DNA of 42,633 bases. Origin: Fonticula alba ATCC 38817 (Eukaryota > Protista > Nucleariida). Position numbers and translations under genes: made by a program. Positions 12,804 through 25,179 of the stretch are shown here, piece after piece. The notes under the pieces are model-generated. The model was not told where the DNA came from. It did no database searches and worked only from the letters and a program-made list of their open reading frames with translations. Location: NCBI GenBank assembly GCA_000388065.2, contig KB932212.1, one strand, 5' to 3'. Numbering within the stretch: position 1 is the first letter of the stretch; each line of letters begins with the position of its first letter.

Positions 12804-12856
12804 CCTACCCCCAGCCACGCACGCGCAGGCAGGATACACCCCCTTCGTGCCACACC

Positions 12857-15176
12857 ATGTCCGCGGCCTCCGACACTGCCCCCGATGACCAGTCGGTCAC
12901 CTTCGACACGGCTGGGCTGAGCTTTGCCTCCGGGGAAGCCCGGCCCTTCGGCGACCCGACCCCCGCCGGCAGCCCCGGCCTGCTGGCGTCCGACGCGGGC
13001 CCCGGCCTGCGGCCCTCGCAAACCGAGTACTCCAGCCTCCTGGATGGCGATGTGTCCGGCTCCGGCGACGCCTCCCAAGCTGGGCAGAAGTTCAGCGACG
13101 TGTACGACTTCGAGTCGGACCTGCAGGAGCGCCTCGACGCCACGAGCACCATCTTCAACGACGAAAACATCGTCCCCAGCGACTCGACCCTGCGCGTGGC
13201 CGAGGGCGTGGCGCGCATGCGCTTCTCCGTCTTCAACCTGGTCAACACCATTGTCGGCGGCGGCCTCCTGTCTCTGCTCTTCGCCATGCGCGTGCGTGTC
13301 ACCCACACCAGCCCCCGGGCCTGCGGCGCGCCTCGCCCCCTCCTCGCCTCTCTCTCTCTCTCTCTATCTATCTCTTCCCCCCACGCGCCCTGACCCTTTG
13401 CCCACTCCGCTCGACCGACAGCTCCTCGGCATTGTCCTCGGCCCGATGGCCCTGGCGGTTGTCTGCGTGGGGTCCATCTTCTCGCTCCACCTGCTGACCG
13501 AATGCGGCGAGCTGGCCCTGCTCAAGTCCCGGGCCTCCTACAGTGTCCTGGCCCGGCTGGCCCTCGGCCGCATTGGGCTCCTCTACTCGGACATTTGCAT
13601 GATTCTCTCCTGCTTCGGCGTGGCCACCTCCTACTTGGTGATTTTCGGCGACACGATCGCCCCGCTGATCGCCTCCTCGGACCCCACCTCCGGCGGCATG
13701 TCCTTCACCACCACGCACCGGATGCTGGTCGGGTGTGCCCTGCTGGTGGTCCTGCCGCTGTCCTCGCTCCGGCACCTGAACGCCCTGCGCCACTTCAGCC
13801 TCTTCGCCATCACCGCCTCCCTCTTCTTCATTGTTTGCGTTGTCGTGCGCAGTGTCCAGGAGATGGTCACCGTGGGCTTCACCGACTGTGCCACCACCAC
13901 CGCCGGCTGTCCGGAGTACTTCAACACCAACCCCAGCCAGATGCTCAGTGCCATTCGTACGTGCCCGGGCATCNNNNNNNNNNNNNNNCCCCCCATGATG
14001 GGCCCCTGATCGTTGCCCCCGCTGTTGTGTGTCCATCTCACACCCTTCGGGCGGGCCGCATGTGCCGACACACTTGACACCCCCTGTGCTCTCCTCCCCC
14101 TCCTCCTCCTCCTCCTCCTCGACCCCCTTCCCTGACCTCCCTCCTTTTCCCGGGTGCTGCCGTCGCTGCCCCTTTCCTCGACACAGCGCTCATCTGCTTC
14201 GCCTTCACCTGCCAAATGAACTTCTTCAGCACCTATGGAGAGATGAAGCTGCCCAACACCCGGCGCATCCACAAGGTCATCAACCGGTGCGTGTCCCCTC
14301 CCTCCCGCCCTCTGCCCCGCCGCCGCCGCCGCCGCCGCCGCTCCTTGCGGAAATGCGTCCGAAGAAGGGGCCAGCCCCCCTTCACATCCACTGATGCTGA
14401 CCCTTTTCCATTGCAGTGCCATGATCGTGGCCATTTCCGTCTACCTGGTGGCCTCGGTTTTCGGGTACCTGCACTTCCGCGCGGACATCCTGAGCAACAT
14501 CCTGCTCAATTACCCGGCCGACGATATGCTCCTGCTGTTTGGCCGGATCGGTGCGCCACATCGCGCCCCCCTCCCCCCCCCCCTCCCTCCTCCTCCTCTC
14601 TCCTGCCCTGTGCGCCTCCCTCGTCGCCTCCTCCCGCTGACTCCGGCCCCCATTTGCTCCCTTGCCCTGCATGTGACCGTGCGCTGGCATGTAGCCATCG
14701 CGATCGAAATTCTCCTCGGCGCCCCGATGGCCGTGCACCCCCTGCTGGCCACCCTTGACCGCCTGCTCTTCCCGGACAAGGAATTCTCCTGGACCCGGTA
14801 TGTTAGCTTGCTTGGGGCATTTGCCCGGCGCTCCCCTCTTCCTCCCTCTGGCCCACGGTCGCCACACATGCTAACTCGTCGAGAATGCCACGCGGCGCCA
14901 TCCCCCCCCCCCCCCAGTCGTATCATCTCGCTGCTGGTGGTTTTCTCCCTGGCCGTGACCCTGGCCATGACGGTGGCCGACATTGGCTTCCTCTTCGGCT
15001 TGACTGGTGCCACTGCCTCCACGTCCATTGCCTTCATCCTGCCGGCCCTTTTCTACATTCGACTGTCCTCGAACCAGCCCCTCTGGAAGGGCAAGCGCCT
15101 GGCGGCCCTGGTGCTGGCCGTGGTCGGCGTGGCCCTCTCCATCGCGGCCACCGTGGCAACCATCATGGAGAAGTGA
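12857..15176 (+). CDS. Amino acid transporter, Aa_trans (SLC38/AVT) family, 6 exons, about 521 aa
   Basis: Exons 12857-13291, 13422-13956, 14187-14286, 14417-14550, 14695-14797, 14918-15176; phases close. Motifs SVFNLVNTIVGGGLLS, SYSVLARLALG, FGVATSYLVIFGD, AIPLICFAFTCQMNF, FGYLHF..DILSNILLNY, FLFGLTGATAS..FILPALFY; multiple hydrophobic TM segments. Confidence 0.92.
13974..13988. other. Assembly gap (N) in SLC38 intron 2
   Basis: N run. Confidence 1.
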
Positions 15177-15721
15177 CAGCTCGGCCTTCTGCCCACCACC
15201 CATTCGCCCGCTCTCAGTGCGGGCCCCCCCTGTTCCCCGGCATTGGCTGGCTGCCTGCCTGCTGCGCTCTGAGCGGGGTCCCCTCCCCCTCCCCCTCCCT
15301 CCCCCCTGGCCGCTGCCACCGATACGATGGGGTGCTTCCACGGCGCGGGACGGGAGATCGTCCTTGTGAAATAGACATATCGCCTCTTTGGAGGAGAGCT
15401 CAACCCAGAGACACGCACACACGTCCTTGGCCGCCCCCGGTTGCTCTTTCGGGCTCTATGCTGGTGTGTGTGTGTGTGTATGTGTGTGTGTATGTGTACA
15501 TATGCGTGTATTGTGTGGATAAGCGGCATGGTGCATGGGCGCAACAATGGCCCGCTCCCTGCCGGGAAAGGGAGAGAGAGAGAGAGGGGGGGGAGGGGAG
15601 AGGGGGGAACAAGGGCATGCGCCGGGCGCGCGGACTGAAACTAGAGGGAGAAGCAAAGGGGGGAAACATGGAGAAATTGGCGGCCGAATCAGGGGAGAGG
15701 ACGGCGCGCGTGTCAACACAC

Positions 15722-16897
15722 TCACTCCCCGCGAAGGCCGTTGAGGCGCTGCTGGAGCTGCAGGTGGCAGAAAGGGAAGAAAAGGAGCGTAAGTGACGGG
15801 GAGAGCACACAGCAGGGGGAGTGGGGGGGGGGGGGGGGCGACAGGAATGCAAACACATTGACATACCTGACGGTCGAGATCGTCCTCCTTTTGCCCGGGC
15901 TGCGGGGTCGTCCCGACGGGCGTGGCGCCGAGCTGTGCGTTGCATACGTCCATGCGAGATCGAGGCGGGAGGGCGGAAATGCAGGGGGCATACACTGCGA
16001 TTAGCAACGACCCATGGTGGGAGAGGCTGGAGAGGGAGGAGTGGCCGGCCATTCGCTTGTCCCCNNNNNNNNNNNNNNNNNNNNNNNNNNNNNNNNNNNN
16101 NNNNNNNNNNNNNNNNCCCCCCGCGCACGACATGACAGAAGCAAGAAAAGGGCCAGGGAGAACACGCGCACCTGCTCGGAGATGGAGATGCCGGCCTCCT
16201 CGAGGACTTGGGAGAGGATCTGGTTGGACTCCTCCTCCTCATCGCCATCCTCATCCAGCACGTCGTCGATGGCGTCGCCCATCATCTCCTCCTTGTGGCT
16301 CATCATCTCGGACTCGCGCTCGAAGTCCTGCATGATCTTCTGGATGGCCGGCATCTTGAGGTTGTTGTTGAGCGAGCGCATGGCCTTGGTCACGCCGCCC
16401 ATGGCCTGCGCCATGGCCTGAGTTGAACGCATGGTCTGGTTCCATCAAGGGGGGGGGGGGGGGGTCGGTTAGCGGCGGCCACACGCGTAGAGACGCCCGA
16501 CAACCGGCATCTGATAGCGGCGTACCTGCATCTTCAGGCTGACAGCCTGGAGGTGGGTGCGCATCTGGATGAACTTCTGCACGTAGCGCCGGGTCCGGAC
16601 GATGTCCTTGGCCATGATCTGGCAGGTCTTCTGCAAACGCGGGCGGAGGAAAGAGGGGTGGTGAGAAAGGAACCATCCAAATACCCTGGCATCCTAGGTG
16701 AAGGGGCGGGCGAGGCACCCGAGGACACGCACGGTCTGGCCCTGCTTGGCAAAGCGCCGAATGTCGGCCATGAGCTTCTTCTCCTGGTTCTCGAGCTTGG
16801 CGCGCTCGCGGTCCAGCTCGCGCATCGAGCGGTCCAGCGCGCGCTGGTACCGCCGGACCATCTGCTCGGGGGTCTCCTTCTTGCCGAAAATCCACAT
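15722..16897 (-). CDS. CHMP2A: ESCRT-III subunit CHMP2A/Vps2 (Snf7 family), 5 exons, about 211 aa
   Basis: Exons 16897-16733, 16630-16526, 16435-16172, 15932-15867, 15757-15722. MWIFGKKETPEQMVRRYQRALDRSMRELDRER, MRSTQAMAQAMGGVTKAM, KIMQDFERESEMM..KEEMMGDAIDD, and a C-terminal MIM1-like DLDRQLQQRLNGLR. Confidence 0.95.
16065..16116. other. Assembly gap (N) in CHMP2 intron 3
   Basis: N run flanked by C runs. Confidence 1.
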
Positions 16898-17414
16898 GGT
16901 GAAGTGAGGGTGGCTGGTGGGTGCTGGTGTGGGTGGGAGGGGAGGGGAGGGGGGAGGGGGGAGGGAGGGGGAGGGAAGTGAGGCGGGGCTTCGTGTAGGG
17001 GAGGGGCGGGGGGGGATGTGCACAGCCATGGGGTGGGACATCGGCCGGCGAGGGGCTCTTTTCTCGCCGGCCCGCCGCGGCGGCCAACAGTCGAGATCTC
17101 TGCCCGGCCTTCGGCGTGGGGCAGGGCCCGGACCGGGCCAGGCTGACTCCCGGCCGGCCCCCCGGCCTCCAGTGCCACCGCCACCGCCGCCGCCGCCGCC
17201 ATACATGCGTGCATACGCCAGTCTGGGACATTCGTGCACCCGGGAGGGCGAGGAATGCCAGACCCTCGTTTTTTGCCCTTCTCACGATCCTCCGCGGGGG
17301 GAAAAAAGCGCGAAAGACCGACAACGAGGGGGCGAGAGAAGGGACCGAGGGAGATGCCACAGGAAGGATTGCCCCAGGCGGCCAGGCAAGGGCGAGAACA
17401 GGGGGGGGGGGGGG

Positions 17415-17529
17415 NNNNNNNNNNNNNNNNNNNNNNNNNNNNNNNNNNNNNNNNNNNNNNNNNNNNNNNNNNNNNNNNNNNNNNNNNNNNNNNNNNNNNN
17501 NNNNNNNNNNNNNNNNNNNNNNNNNNNNN
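17415..17529. other. Assembly gap (N), intergenic
   Basis: N run after a G run. Confidence 1.
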
Positions 17530-18910
17530 GTGATGGGCCGGCTGAGAGCGCCTCCTGGGAGCGAATCCGCTAGCCGGCGCCGGCCATTCCGAATCAGGAA
17601 ACAAAACGTCGCAAGTCAGTTGGCTCCTTATCGGCCCGGGGACCCGGCGTGACCAGCCCAGTGCGCGTGTTCTCGCGCTGCGGTGCTGAGGCCTTGCAGC
17701 ATGTGCGTGCTGCAGCCCCCGCGAAGGGCCAGCTGTCATCTGTTTATGCCACCACGGCGTGTGAGTGGTGTGTCCAGGCGTGTGCATCTTTATACATGTA
17801 TAAAGCGGCGTGAGGGGGGGGGGGGGCGAGGGCGCGCCCAGCCGCCTCCGGGCCGGTCTAACTCGGCCACCCGCGGCCGGCCCAGGCCCCTTCTGCTCGG
17901 CCAGGCGCCGAAGAGGGGGGAGCCGGCCAGCCGGCGAGAGGGAGCCGGCCGCCCAACGTCACACGATCGGCCTCCGGGGGCTCTGCGCGGTCGACAGAAC
18001 ATCGGGCCCGCGCTCGCCCACCGAGAGACAGGGGGCGCGGGGGGGCGAGAGAACCCGCGCGCCAGGGCGGGAGAGCGGGAGATTCCTTCCGCCCCAAGAG
18101 ACGGGGCCAAGAACATAACACCGGCCGGCGGCTGCGTGTTAATCTGCGCACCAACCCGCGCTGGGCCCCTGCCACCTCCCCCGCATCATCGCCGGGGCGG
18201 GGAGGGCGCAGGGCGCGCAGGGGGCGGCGGAGGATAAAAAATAAAAAACACCTGGCCCGCCAGTGACAGCTCCCCCCGCGGCCTCAGCGGCCACGAGTCG
18301 GGGAGATCTTGCGCGCGGCGGGTGGTTCTCCCCCCCCGCCGGAACTGACCGTGCCAAGGCGCGGCCCGAGACTGGACCAAGAGGGAACGGGTGACATTAA
18401 TTCGGCCCGGCCAGAGGGGGGCCGATCTGCTCCGGGCTCCGTGTGGGTCCGTGCACGGGTGCACGCTGGCGACGCACCCCCACCGCTCGGGAAGGGGGGG
18501 GGGGGGGACGGCGAGACCGGCGCAGCCTTGGGCCAATCCGGCGCCCGGGAAAATGTCCCCAGCCATCTCGCTCGCCTGGCGTGTGGCCCGGCCGGTGCCC
18601 TCCCCCCGGGTGCGGTGCAGCGCGATCGTGGCCCATTTGTCCCTGTGTCCGCCCGGCCAACTTGCCAAAGGGGCCACACCTGGCGGGGGCCTGCAGGCCA
18701 CCCCTTGCAGGCGCCCGCCCCCGCCGGGCCCGGGGGCTTCACAGGGCACCGTGACACGGCCAGGCCCCGGGGTGGCTGGGCAGACCTTTGCCAGCTGCTG
18801 GACTCCCCACCCCCCCCCCCCTGCTCTCGCTCTCCCCCTGCCCCTCCCCCTCTCGGCCCTCCCCGCTCTCCCGCACCACGCCGTCGCTCCAGGAAAACAC
18901 CCTCACAGCC

Positions 18911-20574
<1,664 letters not shown>

Positions 20575-21579
20575 GCCATTCCCGACGCTCGGCCGTGCGG
20601 TGTACACACGCACGCACGCACGCACGCATGTGGACACGCGCATGTGCGCATGTGGTCACACGCATGCACGCATGTGCATGTACATACACACTCATGCACA
20701 CTCATACACACACGCATGTATATATATACATGCATACATGCATACATGGCTGTGCGTGTGCGCTCGGCCCTGCGCAACTCCTCGCCCCCATTCGGCCATC
20801 TGTGTCAGGATGCCGCCGTGTGCCGCCACAGTTCCACGCGCAGAATCACATACATATATACTACATACAGACAGACACAGACACAGACACAGACACACAC
20901 ACACACACGCACGCACACACAGATCGGCTGATGCCCTGGGCGTTCGCACCTACACATGGACCCGCAGGAAGGGGAGTCGAGTGCGGCCACACAGGCACCT
21001 GGCCATCTGGATGCCACACGGTGCACATCCCCCTCCCCACCCCCGGCCGAGGAGGAGTTGCGGGCAAAGAGGGGAAGAGAATAACTATTTTGTTGTGTAT
21101 TAATAGGGGGGGGGAGAGGGAGGGCACAAAAGCGCCACGGTGTACTGTGTGTATGTGAGACAGGGGGGAGGGGGGGAGGGGAGAGAGAAATGGGGAAGGG
21201 CATGGCCACCACACCCGCCTTGGGAGGTGCGTGCGCATGCGCCATGTGGCCCTGCTTTGTTCTTTCCGCGTGCCGGCGCACGTGGGTGATACAGCGAATG
21301 GAAAGGCCGAGAGTAGCGGGAGGGACACACACACGCATGGACACGGCGCGCGCGCGCCATGGTACCACAGAGCAGGTGGCAGCACTATGAGGGATGGGGG
21401 AGAGGGAGGGGGCGGAGAAAGGGGGGAGGGGGCTGTTTGAGTGCTCTATGCGCGCGCGCGCGCGCGCGCGCAGACAACGCACAGGCCGCCATACGGGAGG
21501 GAGAGGCAGGCCAGGTATGCCCGGGGAATGACACACAGGCACAGAGAAACACAGGGGGGGGGAGGGGGACAGTACGCGC

Positions 21580-22385
21580 TTAGTCGTAGTGAGTGCGGTT
21601 GGGGTTGGGGCCGAACATCATCTGGCGGATCTCGGGGAGCATCTGTGAGCGCATATGCCGATTCACACACACACACACACACATACGCGCGCGCGAGGGG
21701 AGGGGAGGGGAGAAGATGCGAAAGAGAGCCGAGGGTCAGTAGAAGGAAGAAGCCCGTGGCGAGTCGAGAGGCAGAAGACCAGCGGGGGAGGGAGAAAGGG
21801 GGGGAGGGGGGCAAGAGAACGCACATCCTGCTGGAGGAGCTCAAGACGGGACTCCAGGGTGTTGGAAATGCGGACCTTGCCACCAGGAGTGTAGGCAAGG
21901 ACACCACCGGCGCTGTCCTCGGGGAGGGTGTTACGGGTGCAGACGGTGGCCTCCATCTTCTGACCGAGGGCCTCCTTCTCGTAGGCGGCAACGGCCTCGG
22001 GGATGAGCTCCTTGACGAGAGCGGCGTCCTTGGCGCGGCAGACAACGTTGACCTTGGTGTCCATGAGGGCGAAGAAAGTCTACGAGGGAGGGCAAGAAAA
22101 AGCACGGCAGAGGAGAGGAGGGGAGAAGGGGGGAAAAAGGGGAAGGAGGATGGCCGGTCAGTAGCGGAAGCAAGTCGGCGCCTCATCGGGGAGGGAAGAA
22201 GGCGGGGTGCACACACGCACCTGGATCAGGAGGTTCTTGAGGAGGGGCTTGTAGACAGCCATGTTGTCGGAGATCTGCGTGGGGCAGAGAGGCGGTCAGT
22301 GTCGGATGTCCATCGCATGGTAGCGGCCAGAACATGAAAGGGAGGGACCACAAGAGGGAGGCACGCGGTGGAGGGGGGGCCGGGC

Positions 22386-22424
<39 letters not shown>

Positions 22425-22948
22425 GGGGGGCGAGGAGGGCGGAGGGCGCATGGGGGAGGGGGGGGAGAGCGCGCGGGGAAGCACACAATGCACGCACAGA
22501 AGTCAGGCGCTTGGAGGTCTCGTCGAAGACCTTGACAAGGGCCTCCTCGCGGGCCTTGAGGACCAGCAGGCGGTTCTTGTTGAGGGCGTTGGAGTACTCG
22601 CTGCGGGACGGGGGCGCGAGCGGGACGGTCAGCGCGACAGCAGAAAATGGAGAGGGACACACGGCAGAGAGAGAGAGAGGGGGGGGGAAACAAAGGGGAG
22701 GGGGCGCCGGAGTGGCAGACGCACATCTTGCGCTGGACCTCGAGCTGCTTGATGCGGCGCTCGTGGGTGGCATCAATGCGGATCTTGGCGGCGTTGATGC
22801 GGTTGTTCTTCTCGGTGCTGGCCTCCTCCAGGGAGCTGGAGGTGATCATGTTGGCCTTGTCCTCAGCCTCCTTGGTGATGAACTCAACCATCTTGTCCAG
22901 CTGGGACGACTCGTTGCTAGTGGAAGCCATCTTCTTAACTGAGGCCAT
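21580..22948 (-). CDS. ATP6V1E: V-type proton ATPase subunit E, 5 exons, about 232 aa
   Basis: Exons 22948-22725, 22600-22498, 22274-22221, 22079-21825, 21642-21580. QLDKMVEFITKEAEDKA, IEYSNALNKNRLLVLKAREE, VVCRAKD..LV, GGVLAY..GKVRISNTLESRLELL, MLPEIRQMMFGPNPNR. The start could instead be the second Met at 22930. Confidence 0.95.
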
Positions 22949-25179
22949 TGTGTCGGTGCGAACGGGAGCGAGAGCGACTGGGCATTAGAAATGAGGGGAG
23001 GCGAAAGGCAGAAAGAGGGAGGGCAGGAGGGGGGAGAGAGAGGGAGGGAGGGAGGGAGGGACGACGGGACGCGTGTGGATCGGGGACGGGGCAGGGGGAG
23101 GCGTGTGTGAGAAAAGAGCAAGAAGAGGGAGAGAGAGAGAGAGAGGGAGGGAGGGAGGGAACAACGCGCAAAGGATAGGCGGGAAGACAAGCAAAGAGAG
23201 AGGGGGGGGGAGGGAGGGAGAGCAGCAACCGGATACCGACGGCGCCGGCAACACGCCGGGCAGGCCCCGAGAGGGAAAAGGGCCAGCCGGCACCGAGGGG
23301 CAACCGGAGCAGAGCGGAAGGAGGGGGCGGAACAGACGGAGGGGAGAGGGAGGTCGCACAGTGGGGGGGGGGGAAGGATCACTGAGCAGAAAGGGGGAAG
23401 GGGAGTGATTCTCTGGATCCGTCTGGGATGGGGGAATATGGGGCGGTGCCTCTTCTCCTGGTGCGGCAGCGCGCCGGGGCCCCTCCACCCGCCGGGGCCG
23501 ACCGGCAGGCGAGAGCCACCCTGCGCGCATCACTGGTGGTGTGGCAGAGTCGCCTCCCCCGGCCCGGGCCCCTCCACACCCGGCTCCGCCTGGGGAACGC
23601 CGGGGGGGGGGAGCACCGCGGTCCACGGCACCCTGGGCCCGGGCCCCGCCGTGTCCCCCCCCCGCCCCCCGGCGCCGTGGCAGATGCGCGGTCCGCGTCC
23701 CTGCGCTGCACACGGCGCGGTGGGGGCCGGCCGCGCCCAGCAGGCGCGCGCGGATCCGGGGGCGCGGGGCCCCACCCCGCTGGGCCTTGGATGTGGGGGC
23801 CCGCGCCGGCCAGAGCCCCCCTCCTCGGGCGGCCGAGGGGGGTTGGCCAGGGCCGCGCGCGCGCGCTCACTTGCCCCCCCCCCCCCCCGATGCCAGTCCA
23901 ACCGTGTAGGCACCGCCCTGGCCTGGTACTTCCCGGTGCTCGCGCTGCACTGGTTTCCCCAGGGAGACTGCCCCCCCCCCCCTCCCTTGGGCAGCTGCTG
24001 CGAGAGGCGCCCCCGGCTCCCGGCTCCTGCGGGAGCGCGCCCGGGCTCCAGTCATCCCCAGGCCGGCACGCGAAAAAGGCCGCACCCGTCCCCGGGGGAA
24101 CCTGTACCAGTGGCCGCGCCGCCCCCCGCTGCCAGGCCCCAGCTGCGGGCAAGCGGCGAATGTGCGCGAGCGCATGCGCGCCCAGCAGGGCGCCGGCGCG
24201 CGCCCTACACCACACACATACACACACATACACACACATACACACACACACGATGCATCGCCCGGGGCGAGAGCGCGCCGAGAGAGGGCGCGGACCCTAA
24301 TGCGCCGCTGCTGGCCGGCCGGCCGGCCCCCGCCCCCGGCGCCGGGGGCAGAGGAACCCTGGCCCCTCTCCGCATGCCCGGTCGCCTCGCCGGATGTTCC
24401 TGCCTAGACCGGGGGGGGGGGGCTGTTGACTTGGTCAATCCCCGCGCCGCCCGGCCCCTGCAGCGGCCGGCGCCCCGCCTCTCGTGCCGCGGCCGAGCCC
24501 TGCGTGGACATGCTGCCAGCGCCCCGGCGGCCTGGCTCGCAGGCCTAGCCGGCCCCCGCCGGAGAAGAGACGGCCGGCCCGACCAGCACCAAGGGACAGA
24601 GCAGGGGGGGGGGGGGGGGGGCTGGCCACAAGGGCCCACCCCCCCCCCACCGGCCCCCCCCTGACCCCGGTACCCCGCCCCCCCCCCGCCCCACACTGCT
24701 GCTTGGCTGATCCCCCCCCTCCCCCGGCCCGGTGGCGGTGGCGGTGGCTGCAGTGGGCGCGGTCGCGAGACGCACGATACACACCCTTGTGCACGCCCGC
24801 ATGCACACACATTCGCACGCGCACGCACAAGGGTGTGTATCGTGCGCACACGCCCCCCCCCCCCCCCACGCCAAGGACACCCAGTCCGGAAAAGGGAGCT
24901 TCCGAACGAGAGGGCGGGAGAGAGACGGAAAAAAGAAGTGCGTTTATTTTAAAGCCCCGAATATTTCGCCGGTTTTCTCCTCGCGCCCAGCCTCACGGGC
25001 GGGGGGGGGGGGGGAGCCCAGGGTCCCGCCCGCAGACGACAAGCGCAAGCAGGACAAGGCCCAACCAGCCGGGCCGGGGCAAAGGGACGGCGGCGGGCGC
25101 CCGCGTCCGAGAAAAGCACCAAGGGCAAGCCAGGCCCCGAAGAAAACAACAACAACGCCGGGGAATGGCATTCCGCGCA

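Noticed and set aside
22949-25179. Possible hidden gene in the 2.2-kb spacer between ATP6V1E and FUT8 (ORF 23405-24664)
   Set aside because: No recognisable domain or consistent exon chain; low-complexity, promoter- or UTR-like composition.
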